Shown here in pieces: positions 1-10,129 of a stretch of 64,000 nucleotides of DNA. The stretch is taken from assembly GCA_021604805.1 (NCBI GenBank), contig BQJR01000002.1, positions 268,665-332,664 on the forward strand, given 5' to 3'. Source of the stretch: Planctomycetota bacterium. Lineage in GTDB: Bacteria > Planctomycetota > B15-G4. Numbering within the stretch: the stretch's first letter is position 1; each line of letters begins with the position of its first letter. Made by a program: the position numbers and the translations under genes. Under the pieces are notes generated by a model that saw only the letters and a program-made list of their open reading frames with translations, had not been told where the DNA came from and searched no databases.

Positions 1-383
1 CGTTCACCGCGGGCCTGAACGCCTACCTGCGCGGCGAGCTCGGCTACGAGAACGACCTGCCCTACGAGATCCTCACCGGGCGCGTGCATCCTTGGAACTA
101 CGGCAACGGAAACCGCTACGTGGACACCGCGGATCGCCTGCGCTCAGCGATGTCGAAGAACCCGAGCCTGAAGGTCTTCGTGGCCAACGGCTACTACGAT
201 CTCGCCACGCCGTACTTCGCCACCGAGTACACCATCAGTCACATGGCGCTGCCGGCTGCGCTGCGCGACAACGTGTCGATGGCCTACTACGAGGCCGGAC
301 ACATGATGTACATCCACGAACCGTCGGCGGCCAAGCTCGCCGCTGACCTGAGCGCCTTCTACGCCAGCGCGAGCACGCACTGA
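1..383 (+). CDS. S10-family serine carboxypeptidase, C-terminal fragment (5' end lies outside the window)
   Basis: Frame 3 is open from the window edge. The C-terminus carries an EAGHMMY motif resembling the catalytic-His region (AGHMVP) of S10 carboxypeptidases. The ORF stops at 383. Confidence 0.55.
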   Translation, partial: FTAGLNAYLRGELGYENDLPYEILTGRVHPWNYGNGNRYVDTADRLRSAMSKNPSLKVFVANGYYDLATPYFATEYTISHMALPAALRDNVSMAYYEAGHMMYIHEPSAAKLAADLSAFYASASTH

Positions 384-461
384 ACGCCACGCCGACCGAC
401 ACACGCGCGCGCCCTCGCGCTTCACGCGTCACACCACGATCCACATCCAGACGACGGCCGC

Positions 462-941
462 ATGAAACCCAGTGATCACCTCCGATGGAGCACCGAACGG
501 CTGCTCGACGTGGCACGTCAGGATCGGCGCGCGCTGACCGCACTGCGTCGCGAAGCCGTGTTCGCGCTCGTAGGCTTGCCGCTGCTCTTCGGGCTCTCGG
601 TGTTGCGACACGGAGAGGCCGACGCAAGCTCAGCGATCCCCAGCTTCCAAGCGCTCGCGTTGGTGGCGCTGGTCACGGCGATGGTGCTCTGGTTCCGTCA
701 GCTCCACCCCGCGCCTCACCCACTGCCGTCGGTGGATCCCTACGCGGGCACCGCTCCCGAAGCTGACGCCGCCGCCGTGCGCGCGCGCTTGCAAGAGTCG
801 CGCGAAGACCTGGTGCACTGCTGCCGCGAGTTGCGTGCTGCCGTGCTCAGCGGCTCAGCCCATCGCGCCACAGCCTGGTGGGCCAGCTTCTGCGCGCTCT
901 TGCTGATGGTGCTCGTGCTCGCGCTCCGCGGCCTGGCCTGA
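462..941 (+). CDS. hypothetical membrane protein (about 3 predicted TM helices)
   Basis: 159-aa ORF with hydrophobic segments (LVGLPLLFGLSVL, ALALVALVTAMVLWF, FCALLLMVLVLAL). RBS is weak. Confidence 0.4.
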   Translation: MKPSDHLRWSTERLLDVARQDRRALTALRREAVFALVGLPLLFGLSVLRHGEADASSAIPSFQALALVALVTAMVLWFRQLHPAPHPLPSVDPYAGTAPEADAAAVRARLQESREDLVHCCRELRAAVLSGSAHRATAWWASFCALLLMVLVLALRGLA

Positions 942-978
942 GCGCGCTGCGGAGGCGCCTCGCGAGGCGCGCAACGAC

Positions 979-1356
979 TCAGCTGTGCAGCTCGCCGAAG
1001 AGCAAGCCGAGCAGTTGACGCGCCGTGAGTTCGTCGCCGGCGAGGCCGACCTTGAGCGCCAACTGACTCCCCCCGTCGGTGCGACGCTCGGCACGCAAGA
1101 CCACCCGTCGACCGTCGCCGAAACGCACCACGAGCCGACACTGCGTGCGTCCCGGTTCCGAGTCGACGAAGTCGAGCCCCGCGCGCTCGAAGGCCAGCGC
1201 CGCGGCACTCAACACGCGCGCCGGGCTGGCCAGCGTGCTCGCGAGCATCTCGTCGCCGACCCAATCCATCTCGTTCTGCGCGGGCGGCGGCGTGGGCGTG
1301 AGCGCGCAAGCGGGCGCGAGCAGCGCGGCAACGAGGAGCAAGCGGGCACGGAACAT
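979..1356 (-). CDS. hypothetical lipoprotein
   Basis: Internal ATG at 1354-1356 gives MFRARLLLVAALLAPAC, a signal peptide with lipobox. Amino-acid composition is diverse and not shadow-like. Confidence 0.5.
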   Translation of the reverse strand: MFRARLLLVAALLAPACALTPTPPPAQNEMDWVGDEMLASTLASPARVLSAAALAFERAGLDFVDSEPGRTQCRLVVRFGDGRRVVLRAERRTDGGSQLALKVGLAGDELTARQLLGLLFGELHS

Positions 1357-1566
1357 GGCGCAGGGAGAGCTCGCGTGGGAGAGGGTGCGATGCGCGGTTC
1401 GGGGTGAGGTCGTTCGTGGAGGTCGCGTCGCGAGCGGCGCCACAGGGGCGGACAGTGTCGCGTGTCACGCTGGCCGGAGCAACGCAGGGGACAACGCGCG
1501 ACGGGGAAGGACGGTTCCGTCGCCCCGAAACCGACGTCGGCACTCGCCGCGTGTCACGCCAGGTTT

Positions 1567-3246
1567 CTAGAACAGCCCCGCGATACGGCCCTCTGCGTCG
1601 ACATCCATGGCTTCTGCGGACGGGATCTTGGGCAGGCCGGGCATCGTGAGGATGTCGCCGGTGAGCACCAACACGAAGCCGGCGCCGGCCTTGAGCGTGA
1701 CCGCGCGCAGCGGCACGTCGAAACCACGCGGGCGGCCGAGCAGCTTGGGATCGGTGGAGAACGAGTACTGCGTCTTCGCCATGCAGATCGGGAGCGCGCC
1801 GTGGCCTTCGTCCTCGAGCTTCTTGAAGGCCTTGACCAGCTTGGGCTCGGCGACGATGTCGTCGGCGCCGTAGATCTCTTGCGCGATGCGGCGCGTCTTC
1901 TCCAGCAGGCCGAGGTCATCGGGATAGAGCGGCTGGAAGTCGGCGCTGCCACCCTCGACGGCGTCGATCACGGCTTGGGCGAGTTCGAGCGCGCCTTCAC
2001 CACCGCGCGCCCAGTGATCGCTGCGCACCACGGGAACGCCCAAGCGTTCACCGGCTGCGAGCAAGGTGGCGATCTCTTGCGGACGATCGGTCACGAAGGC
2101 GTTCACGCACACGACCAGCGGCACGCGGTAGCGCCGCAAGTTCTCCACGTGCTTCTCCATGTGGTCGATGCCGGCGGCGAGCGCGTCGGCGTCTTCTTCA
2201 CCGAGGTCCTTGAGGGCCGCGCCACCCTGGTGCTTGAGCGCGCGCACGGTGGCCACGAGCACGGTGGCGTCGGGCTTGAGTCCCGCCACGCGACACTTGA
2301 TGTCGAAGAACTTCTCAGCGCCCAAGTCGGCGCCGAAGCCCGCCTCGGTGACGGTGTAGTCGGAGAGCCCGAGCGACATGCGCGTGGCGACCACCGAGTT
2401 GCAACCGTGCGCGATGTTGCCGAAGGGGCCGGCGTGCACGAAGGCGGGGTTGCCCTCGAGGGTCTGCACGAGGTTCGGCGCGAGTGCGTCGCGCAACAGC
2501 GCCGTCATCGCGCCGTGCATGTTCAGGTCGGCGGCGGTCACGGGTTTGCGGTCGTAGGTGAGGCCCACGCGCAAGCGACCGAGGCGCGCCTTGAGGTCTT
2601 GGAGATCAGTGGCCAAGGCCAACACCGCCATGACCTCGGAGGCAGCGGTGATCTCGAAGCCCGTCTCGCGCGGCACCGAGTTGCCCAAGCCGCCCAGGCC
2701 CGTGACGATGTCGCGCAAGGCGCGCTCGTTGAGGTCGAGCACGCGCGTCCAACTGATGCGCCGCGGGTCGAGCCCCAACTTGTTGCCGTGATGCATGTGG
2801 TTGTCGAGCGCGGCGGCGAGCAGGTTGTGCGCCGACGTGATGGCGTGGAAGTCGCCGGTGAAGTGCAGGTTGATGTCTTCCATCGGCACGACTTGCGCCT
2901 TGCCGCCGCCCGCCGCGCCGCCCTTCATGCCGAAGCACGGACCGAGCGAGGGTTCGCGCAGGCAGATGGTGGTCTGCTTGCCCAGGCGGTTGAGGCCGTC
3001 GCCCAATCCCACCGTGGTCGTGGTCTTGCCTTCGCCCGCCGGCGTGGGCGACACGGCCGTCACCAGGATCAACTTGCCGTGCGGCTTGCCTGCCAAGCGC
3101 GCCTGCACGCTGAGCGGAACCTTGGCTTTGGTGCGACCGTAGGGCTCGAGTTCGTCGGCGGCGAGACCGAGCTTCGCGCCGATCTCCTCCATGGGGCGCA
3201 AGGTGGCGGCGCGTGCGATGTCGAGGTCGGAGGGGTAGGCACTCAT
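1567..3246 (-). CDS. fhs: formate--tetrahydrofolate ligase
   Basis: Full-length similarity to FTHFS, including [15 protein letters not shown] and the GPFGNIAHG region. Start chosen at [14 protein letters not shown]. Confidence 0.93.
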   Translation of the reverse strand: MSAYPSDLDIARAATLRPMEEIGAKLGLAADELEPYGRTKAKVPLSVQARLAGKPHGKLILVTAVSPTPAGEGKTTTTVGLGDGLNRLGKQTTICLREPSLGPCFGMKGGAAGGGKAQVVPMEDINLHFTGDFHAITSAHNLLAAALDNHMHHGNKLGLDPRRISWTRVLDLNERALRDIVTGLGGLGNSVPRETGFEITAASEVMAVLALATDLQDLKARLGRLRVGLTYDRKPVTAADLNMHGAMTALLRDALAPNLVQTLEGNPAFVHAGPFGNIAHGCNSVVATRMSLGLSDYTVTEAGFGADLGAEKFFDIKCRVAGLKPDATVLVATVRALKHQGGAALKDLGEEDADALAAGIDHMEKHVENLRRYRVPLVVCVNAFVTDRPQEIATLLAAGERLGVPVVRSDHWARGGEGALELAQAVIDAVEGGSADFQPLYPDDLGLLEKTRRIAQEIYGADDIVAEPKLVKAFKKLEDEGHGALPICMAKTQYSFSTDPKLLGRPRGFDVPLRAVTLKAGAGFVLVLTGDILTMPGLPKIPSAEAMDVDAEGRIAGLF

Positions 3247-3830
3247 GACGGTCGTCCGGGAGACAGGCGGGAGGAAGCCGCGACAGCTTCGCACTTGCGC
3301 GCGAGACGCAACACGGACTCTTCGTTCGTGAAGCGGGTGAGTTCGGCCACGGGGAGCCAGCGCAACGCGTGGGACTCGTCGCTGCAGACGGGCGGCTCGT
3401 CGGGATCGGCGATGAAGAGGAAGCGGATGTCGTGGTGCTCGTGGGCGGGTTCGTCGCCGTGCGCGGGGATCTCGTGCACGTCGACGTCGAAGATCGCGAG
3501 CGCTCCGTCGGGGTCGAAGCGACGCAGGCTCTTGAGCCCGGTCTCCTCTTCGGCCTCGCGTTGCGCCACGCGCTCGGTGCGCGCGTCGCCATCACTGTGT
3601 CCGCCAGGTTGCAACCAACGATCGAGCTTGCCGTGATGCAACAGCACGCAGTGCTGCGCGTCGGGTGAGCTGATCCACGCGCCGCCCGTGATGTGCCCGG
3701 GGACGCAGCTGCGCTCGAAACAGCTCGGATGAGCTCGCAGCAGCGTCTGGACACGCGCCACCATGGGCGCTTCTTCGGGAAAGCGGCTGAGGTAGTCGTC
3801 GAGCAGTGCGAGCAGCGGCGCGGTGGGCAT
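3243..3830 (-). CDS. NUDIX hydrolase
   Basis: Nudix box [24 protein letters not shown]. 4-bp ATGA overlap with the downstream fhs start. Confidence 0.85.
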   Translation of the reverse strand: MPTAPLLALLDDYLSRFPEEAPMVARVQTLLRAHPSCFERSCVPGHITGGAWISSPDAQHCVLLHHGKLDRWLQPGGHSDGDARTERVAQREAEEETGLKSLRRFDPDGALAIFDVDVHEIPAHGDEPAHEHHDIRFLFIADPDEPPVCSDESHALRWLPVAELTRFTNEESVLRLARKCEAVAASSRLSPGRPS

Positions 3831-3993
3831 CGCGTGAGTTTCGCAACTGAGGCCTGCGCCCGCACGCGTCGTTCATGCGTATGATCCAGACTCGGGGAGA
3901 GGCCGGAAGTGGGCCGTCGCTTCCCGAACGCCCTGGCTGGAGCCCGGGTCCGGACCGACGCTCGAGGTGCCCACTCGGTCGGGAGATCCCGCC

Positions 3994-6558
3994 GTGAGAT
4001 CACGCACCTTCCACGCGCTGCTCGCGCTCACCACGCTGGCCGGAGTGGCCGCGTCGAGCGCAGCGCAGAACTGCGAGGACACCGCCAGCGTCGCGAAGCT
4101 CGGCTTGATGGGCAGCATGGGTTCCACGAACACGCCCACCTTGTCGCTCACGCGACCGCCCGTGGTGCGCGGACCCGCCACCGGCGTCGTCATCGCGCAC
4201 GGTCAACCCGGAGCGCTCGGCTTGCTGCTGCTCGGCGACCACAGTTCGCCGCTGCCGCTCGCGCAATTCGCCACGACACTCTTCCCTTCGTTCCCGTTGC
4301 GCATGGTTCCGTTCGCACTCGACGCGCAGGGTCGCTACGAGCTGAGGCACGCCACCGAGGCGCACAACCCACTCGCGCTGTGTGGACGCGAGCTCGTGAT
4401 GCAAGCGGCCGTGGCCGACGCGGGCGCGGCGGGCGGCTTCGCGCTCACCACCGGGTTGCAGCTGCGCTTCGGAACGCTCGCCGGCGGCCCGATGTTCTTC
4501 GGCGCGGCGTACCCCGCGGGCCGAACGCCCGAAGACATGGTCGGCGCCGACCTGAACGACGACGGCCTGCTCGACCTCGTCACCGCGAGCCGCGCCAGCG
4601 ATGAGATCGTGGTGCTCCTGGGCATCGCCGACGGCACCTTCGAACTCGCGAAGCACTTTCCCGCGGGTGATGGCCCCGTGGACATCGAACTCGCCGACCT
4701 CAACACCGACGGGCACCTCGACGCCGTCGTCGCCGACCTGCACGGCGACCAGGTGCAAGTGCTGCTCGGGCTCGGCAACGGCGACTTCGCGCTGCCGATC
4801 GCCTTCCTTCCCGGCGTGAACCCCACCGCGCTCACACTGGGCGACGTGAACGGAGACGGCACGCTCGACCTCGCCGTGTCCAACGACGGCAGCGACGATG
4901 TCTCGATCCTGATGGGCACCGGCGGCGGCGACTTCGCCCCGGCCACGAGCGTGCCCGTGGGCGCCCGCCCGCACTCGGTGGCGCTCGCCGACCTCGACGC
5001 CAACGGCCAACTCGACCTGCTCACGGCGAACTACGGCGCCCACGACATCACGCTCAAGTTCGGCGACGGCACCGGCGCCTTCGGCGAAGCCACCACGATC
5101 GCCGTGGGCTCGAACCCCGAGTTCGTGAAGGCCGTCGACCTCAACGACGACGGCTGGCTCGACATCATCGCGGCCAACTGGAACTCGAACAGCATCTCGG
5201 TCTTGCTCAGCGTGGGCCCGGCCGCCTTCGCGCAAGTGGAGCACTACGGCGGCCTCAACGGCGCGCGCTTCGTCGAGGTCGTGGACCTCAACCTCGACGG
5301 CCTGCTCGACCTCGCCGTCGCCAGCTCCAAGTCGCACAAGGCCTCGGTGCTGCTGGGCGCCGGTGGCGGCAGCTTCGCTCCGGCCAAGCACATCTTCACG
5401 GGCCTCCAACCCTTCGCCATCGTGGCGGCCGACTTCGATCACGACTCTGCGCTGGACCTCGCCGTGGTGAACAAGCACAGCGAAACCGTGGTCGTGCGCA
5501 CCGGCAAGGGTGACGGCAGCTTCCCCGTGCACCAGAGTCCGCTCGTGGGCGACTACCCCACGTCGATCGTGATCGGCGAACTCAACCAAGACGGCGTGCC
5601 CGATCTCTTGGTCGTGAAGAGTTCACACCCGGCGGTGCTTCCACTGCACGGCCAGGGCAAGGGCAACTTCCCGCCGAGCCTGGGTGGCTATTCCATCGGC
5701 GTGTCGGGGCGCTCCGGTGAACTCGCCGACCTCAACGGAGACGGCCTGCTCGACCTCATTGCGATGGGACTCAACGACCGCTTCGCGGTGCTGCTCAACT
5801 CGGGCAACGGCGACGGCTTCTTCGAAGCCCCCCTGCTGCACTTCAGCGCGACCTCCGAAGACATCATCGCCGGCGACGTGAACGGAGACGGCACCCCCGA
5901 TGTCGTGCAGGCCGACTCAGACGCACTCGGCCTGTTGCTCTTCCCGAACCCCGGCGACGGCAACTTGCTCGCCCCCGTGGCGATCCATGCCGGCGGCTAC
6001 CTGCGTGACCTCGCACTCGGCGACCTCAACAGCGACGGCGTCGTCGACATCGTGGGCACCGACTACCTCGGCGAGTCCTACGTCGTGCTGCTCGGCACAG
6101 GCGCGGGCGCCTTCGCGCCACCGCTCGCCACGCCGACTCACAAGCTCAACCCCGAAGCACTCGCGCTCGGCGACTTCAACGGCAACGGGCGGCTCGACCT
6201 GGTCGTCACGAATCGCATCACGGGCGACATCAGCGTGTCCCTCGGTCGCGGAGACGGCAGCTTCCAGCACGCGGCCGACTACTTCTCCGGTGAGCTGCCC
6301 GGCGAGGTGGCGCTCGGTGACCTCAACGCAGACGGCCGCCTCGACATCGCGCTGGTGCACGCCTTCGACGACGACGTCGGCGTGTTCCTCGGACACGGCG
6401 ACGGCAGCTTCGATCCCGTGCGTCGCTTCGCCGCAGGTGACAGCCCGCGCGACCTCGCGATCGCCGACTTGGATGGCGACGGCATGCCCGACATCGCCAC
6501 GGCCAACGGCGCCGACGCCGACGTGACGCTGCTGCTCAACCAGATGGTGAAGAGTTAG
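3994..6558 (+). CDS. secreted FG-GAP/VCBS repeat protein (integrin-alpha-like beta-propeller repeats)
   Basis: About 12 repeats of DLNxDGxLDLxxxN/S...D. GTG at 3994 is preceded by GGGAGA at the right spacing and gives a signal peptide (VRSRTFHALLALTTLAGVAASSAAQ). The ORF is open back to 3967. Confidence 0.85.
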   Translation: MRSRTFHALLALTTLAGVAASSAAQNCEDTASVAKLGLMGSMGSTNTPTLSLTRPPVVRGPATGVVIAHGQPGALGLLLLGDHSSPLPLAQFATTLFPSFPLRMVPFALDAQGRYELRHATEAHNPLALCGRELVMQAAVADAGAAGGFALTTGLQLRFGTLAGGPMFFGAAYPAGRTPEDMVGADLNDDGLLDLVTASRASDEIVVLLGIADGTFELAKHFPAGDGPVDIELADLNTDGHLDAVVADLHGDQVQVLLGLGNGDFALPIAFLPGVNPTALTLGDVNGDGTLDLAVSNDGSDDVSILMGTGGGDFAPATSVPVGARPHSVALADLDANGQLDLLTANYGAHDITLKFGDGTGAFGEATTIAVGSNPEFVKAVDLNDDGWLDIIAANWNSNSISVLLSVGPAAFAQVEHYGGLNGARFVEVVDLNLDGLLDLAVASSKSHKASVLLGAGGGSFAPAKHIFTGLQPFAIVAADFDHDSALDLAVVNKHSETVVVRTGKGDGSFPVHQSPLVGDYPTSIVIGELNQDGVPDLLVVKSSHPAVLPLHGQGKGNFPPSLGGYSIGVSGRSGELADLNGDGLLDLIAMGLNDRFAVLLNSGNGDGFFEAPLLHFSATSEDIIAGDVNGDGTPDVVQADSDALGLLLFPNPGDGNLLAPVAIHAGGYLRDLALGDLNSDGVVDIVGTDYLGESYVVLLGTGAGAFAPPLATPTHKLNPEALALGDFNGNGRLDLVVTNRITGDISVSLGRGDGSFQHAADYFSGELPGEVALGDLNADGRLDIALVHAFDDDVGVFLGHGDGSFDPVRRFAAGDSPRDLAIADLDGDGMPDIATANGADADVTLLLNQMVKS

Positions 6559-6606
6559 GATCCGCGCTCGCTTCGCGCCCGTCTCCCCCCCGCAGAGCTC
6601 CCCGAC

Positions 6607-7029
6607 ATGCTGCGATTCCTGATCCTGTTCACCGTGTTCGGCGCGCTGAGTTGCGCCACGCAAACCCCCAGCGATCCGCCCGCGCCTGCGCCGCCGCCCG
6701 AACTCACCGGCAGTTGGATCGTGACGCACCTCGGCGAGCAGGAAGTGATCGAGGGCAGCCAGTGTCAGCTCGAGTTCCACGCCGACGGCAAGCTCAGCGG
6801 CAACGCCTCGGTGAATCGCGTGGCCGGGAGCTTCACCCTCGAAGGCGACGCGCTGACGTTCTCACCGCTCGCCACGACCAAGCGCATGGGCCCAGTGCCC
6901 TTGATGAAGCAAGAGCAAGCCTTGCTCGACGCGCTGGCTCGCACCGCGCGCGCCGCCCGCCACGACGACACGCTCACCTTGCTCGACACCGACGGTCGCG
7001 CGCTGCTGAGCGCACGCACGAGCGACTGA
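6607..7029 (+). CDS. META-domain (HslJ-like, DUF306) lipoprotein
   Basis: Signal peptide with lipobox (FGALSCATQ). LTGSWIVTHLGEQEV...LSGNASVNRVAGSFTLEGDALTFSPLATTKMGPV...QEQALLDAL is typical of META/HslJ proteins. Confidence 0.7.
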   Translation: MLRFLILFTVFGALSCATQTPSDPPAPAPPPELTGSWIVTHLGEQEVIEGSQCQLEFHADGKLSGNASVNRVAGSFTLEGDALTFSPLATTKRMGPVPLMKQEQALLDALARTARAARHDDTLTLLDTDGRALLSARTSD

Positions 7030-7107
7030 GCGTCGCGAGCTGCTGGCCCGAGCAGCTGACGGTGGCGCGTGCTTCGCCGTCACCACGCCGCGCACACACC
7101 TCCCGGC

Positions 7108-7455
7108 TCAGAAGAGCGTGAGTCCGGGTTGCGATCGAAACTGAAGGGTGACGAAGCTGTCGAGCGCGAGCGCCGCGCACAGAGCCCACACCCAGGGCGC
7201 CGCGCCCTGAGTGGCGCGTCGCTTCCAACACGCGATCACGATCACCGGCGCGAGCAACACGAGATAGGACAAGCCGAGCGCGTAAGGGCGCGCCACGTCC
7301 ATGTTCGGTGAGTACGCGCCTCCCGCGCTGCCCATCGGGATCAACACCTGCGTGATGATGAGGTCACGCCACCAGTCCACGAGCAAGAGCTTGGGAAGCT
7401 GCGGCAGCGCGAAGACAGGCAGCTCGCTCCACCAGACCTTGTCTACGAAGGGCAA
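7108..7455 (-). CDS. hypothetical small membrane protein (start uncertain)
   Basis: Hydrophobic ORF. The first codon at 7453-7455 is TTG. Alternative ATG starts lie at residues 41 and 52 (coordinate 7302). No clear SD. Confidence 0.3.
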   Translation of the reverse strand: MPFVDKVWWSELPVFALPQLPKLLLVDWWRDLIITQVLIPMGSAGGAYSPNMDVARPYALGLSYLVLLAPVIVIACWKRRATQGAAPWVWALCAALALDSFVTLQFRSQPGLTLF

Positions 7456-7663
7456 GCTCAGCGAGCTGACGAGGCAGCAGGCGACACTGATCTGCAGCGC
7501 GAGGATCAGCGGTGAACGTTGGCGCGAGGTCTCGATCTGTCATCCTCCGTCGGGGAGCGGGGAGAGAGTGAGAGGGAGCGAACCGGTCCGGGACTTCAGC
7601 AGCGTCGACCGGGAGAGCGCGGTTCTTGGGCAGGCGGACTCCACGTTTTCGTGCTGCAGACGA

Positions 7664-8059
7664 CTACGGCAACGTGTAGCTGAACTCGTAGGCGTGCTGA
7701 CCGTTCACCATTTGGATCACGAACTCACCGGCCAAGCCTGTGAGCTCGGCGGTGCCTGAATCGGGCACCACCGTGACCGAGAGGCTCGAGGCCCCGCGGT
7801 TCATCGAGCCCGAGTGCTGCAACACGAAGCTGCCGCTGCGGCCGTGCAGTGAGCCCGTCACCAACTCGAGCGCCACGTAACCGGCCGAGCCCTGGGTGTC
7901 GGTCCTCGCGCTGAGCATCTGTCCCTGGGTCGTGGCCACGAGGTCGCCGGTGATCTGCTTGTCGATCGACATGCGGCCGAGCGCCGAGCCTTCGGGCTGA
8001 GCTTCGAAGCTCATCGGCGCGAGCTGCACTTCGAATTGTCCGTGGGCGACTTGGGTCAC
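7664..8059 (-). CDS. DUF3224-family protein
   Basis: 131 aa beginning MTQVAHGQFEVQLAPMS..., resembling DUF3224 proteins. Compact, non-repetitive composition. Confidence 0.55.
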   Translation of the reverse strand: MTQVAHGQFEVQLAPMSFEAQPEGSALGRMSIDKQITGDLVATTQGQMLSARTDTQGSAGYVALELVTGSLHGRSGSFVLQHSGSMNRGASSLSVTVVPDSGTAELTGLAGEFVIQMVNGQHAYEFSYTLP

Positions 8060-8217
8060 GGGATGGGTCCCTTCTGCAGAGGTGTGGGACGCTTGCGCGT
8101 GCGCAGGCAGCGAGCCCGCCAGGATACCCGCACGTTGTGCCCCCGCGCCCGGCGCGCTTCGTTCGCGCGCACGCGATCGGTACCATTCGCCGCTCCGAAC
8201 CGCTGAGACCCGCTGCG

Positions 8218-8538
8218 ATGTCGTCCCGAAACGCTGCCTATGAAGTCCGCACGAGCCCCCTGCACGGTCTCGGCCTGTTCGCGCGCCGCGACCTCCGAGC
8301 GCGCCGGGTGATCGGAGTCGCCCAGGGTGAACCCACTTCTGAGGACGGCTTGCACGTGCTCTGGTTCGTCGACGAAGACGGCACCGAAGAAGGCCTCGAG
8401 ATCACCAACGACCTGCGCTTCGTGAATCACGCCGACGACGCCAATGCCGCCTTCGACGGCGAAGACCTGGTGGCGCTGCGCGACATCCCGGCCGGCACCG
8501 AGATCACCTTCGACTACGGCGCGGTGGAGTGCGCCTGA
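8218..8538 (+). CDS. SET-domain protein (putative protein-lysine methyltransferase)
   Basis: SPLHGLGLFARRDLRARRVIG...NHADDANAA...DIPAGTEITFDYG matches the SET-domain core (GxG loop, NH motif, post-SET-like tail). Start placed at MSSRNAAYEV. Confidence 0.75.
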   Translation: MSSRNAAYEVRTSPLHGLGLFARRDLRARRVIGVAQGEPTSEDGLHVLWFVDEDGTEEGLEITNDLRFVNHADDANAAFDGEDLVALRDIPAGTEITFDYGAVECA

Positions 8539-8566
8539 GGCGGAGTGCGTCGCGCGGCGTGCGCGC

Positions 8567-8869
8567 TCAGCGCCACACGATCCACGCGAGCACGCAGGCG
8601 AGCAGCAGCAGCACGATCAAGGTGCGCGGTTTCGGCGCGATGCGCAGCATCACGTTCGGGTCGTCGGCGAGGCCTTCGTTGCGCAGGAAGGCTTGCTCGT
8701 CGAAGTCGTCGTCTTCGTCGTCGCCGTAACCGGCGGGGAGATCGCCGGCCCAGGCGTCGGCTTCGTCGCCCCAACCGGTGCTCGCGTCGGAACCGCACTC
8801 GGGGCAGGCCAGCGCGCCGCGCGGGACCTCGGCGTCACAGTGCGGGCAGGTGAAGGCGTGCGGCGACAT
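8567..8869 (-). CDS. zinc-ribbon protein with C-terminal TM anchor
   Basis: CPHCDAEVPRGALACPECG is a CxxC...CxxC ribbon. An acidic linker leads to a C-terminal TM segment (LIVLLLLACVLAWIVW). Confidence 0.55.
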   Translation of the reverse strand: MSPHAFTCPHCDAEVPRGALACPECGSDASTGWGDEADAWAGDLPAGYGDDEDDDFDEQAFLRNEGLADDPNVMLRIAPKPRTLIVLLLLACVLAWIVWR

Positions 8870-8912
8870 CACGGGAGTGTAAACGCGCAGCCCCGGAACG
8901 ACGCGCAGCCAC

Positions 8913-9587
8913 TCAGCCCTCACGCTCCGGCGGCGTGAGATCCGACGACGCGGGCGACTCAGCCCCCGCGGACTCCTCGGACGCAGGCGGACTGCGCGCG
9001 ACGATCTCGCCAGTGGTCACGTCGAAGCGGTACCGGATCCCGTCGATCGTGCTGAACTCGAAGCTGAGTGGGAGCTCGCCCTTCTCGGTGTCGCCGACCA
9101 CGAGACTGAGTTCCCCGTCATGCGCGCGATAGGTGTAGTGCGAGGAGCTGGGTCTCACCTTGGAGTCGTCTTCGATGAGCGCGCGCGTGGAGTACTCGGC
9201 GAGCAACTCACCGTTGTCATAGAAGGCCACGGCGAGGTGCGACTCAGAAGGGCGCTGACCGCGCGGCCAGTTTCCCAGGCGCACGAGGTAGCGGCCGTCG
9301 TCGGAGAGCAACACTCGGAAGGCGTACCAACCCTCGACGCGCCAGAGCACTTGCTTGCGGCCCTTCACGTAGCGGTAGGCGTGGCCGCGTCCTCCGTGAG
9401 GGCGCTCGCGCGCAGGCCGGGGTTCCATCAGGAAACACACCTCGCCCGCGCTCGAGCAGGTCGTCCGTTTCGTGGGCCGCGCTTCGAGGTCCGCCGGGGC
9501 GATCGCGCTCACGGGCGCCATCGCAGCCACGAGTGACGCCACGAACAGCGGGGCAAGCAGCCGGATCGATCGCGATGCAGACATCAA
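8913..9587 (-). CDS. hypothetical secreted protein
   Basis: Signal peptide MMSASRSIRLLAPLFVASLVAAMAPVSA. 224 aa of mixed composition. No recognisable domain. Confidence 0.5.
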   Translation of the reverse strand: MMSASRSIRLLAPLFVASLVAAMAPVSAIAPADLEARPTKRTTCSSAGEVCFLMEPRPARERPHGGRGHAYRYVKGRKQVLWRVEGWYAFRVLLSDDGRYLVRLGNWPRGQRPSESHLAVAFYDNGELLAEYSTRALIEDDSKVRPSSSHYTYRAHDGELSLVVGDTEKGELPLSFEFSTIDGIRYRFDVTTGEIVARSPPASEESAGAESPASSDLTPPEREG

Positions 9588-9597
9588 TCACAGTCAC

Positions 9598-9933
9598 TCA
9601 GGAGTCATGTTCGCGCAGCAGTTTCTTGGGAGCCGACTTGCGCCAGGCGGCCTGCAACGCGGCGCGCATCATGGGCGTGCGCGCGTGCGCGAGCTCCACC
9701 TGCGTGCAACCTTGACGCCCCCACGCGCCCGACGACGCTTCGAAGACCTCGGGGTGTTCGGCGAGCAACTCGGCCTGCAACTCCGGCGGCAACTTGACCA
9801 TGCCGGTGCTCTCGTCGGCGCCGAGCGTGGCGAAGATCTTGCCGCCCACGCGGAAGTCGGCGTGACCTTGGTGCGCGCCCTCACTGGCTTCGGGCAGCGC
9901 CAGCGCGAGGCGGCGGAAGTCGTCGGCATTCAT
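9598..9933 (-). CDS. MmcQ/YjbR-family DNA-binding protein
   Basis: ATG at 9931-9933. MNADDFRRLALALPEASEGAHQGHADFRVGGKIFATLG... is typical of the YjbR/MmcQ family. Confidence 0.7.
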   Translation of the reverse strand: MNADDFRRLALALPEASEGAHQGHADFRVGGKIFATLGADESTGMVKLPPELQAELLAEHPEVFEASSGAWGRQGCTQVELAHARTPMMRAALQAAWRKSAPKKLLREHDS

Positions 9934-10129
9934 CGCTGCGCTCCGGTCGGGCGAGCACGTCAGCTTAACCGCTGCAAGTGCGACCCACCGCGCTGCGTGC
10001 GCGACCGAGCGCCCTGCGAGCGCCTGGGACCGAGCACTCTGCAGGCGCCTGGGGCCGACGCGACCTCCAGCCCGCTCCGCGACGCACGCTTTCGGAATCG
10101 GCTGCGCGGGAGTAGGCTTCGAGGTGCTC

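Noticed and set aside
1462-3636. 724-aa plus-strand ORF
   Set aside because: It lies entirely antisense to fhs and the NUDIX gene. It has R/A/G/H-rich, low-complexity composition typical of shadow ORFs in 70% GC DNA. The strongly supported fhs gene on the opposite strand explains the open frame.
4000-5589. 529-aa minus-strand ORF
   Set aside because: Antisense shadow of the FG-GAP repeat gene. Composition is dominated by R/A/G/V/E runs.
7301-7759. 152-aa plus-strand ORF across the 7456-7663 intergenic region
   Set aside because: It overlaps the more plausible hydrophobic minus-strand ORF and the DUF3224 gene 3' end. It has S/G/R-rich composition and no RBS.
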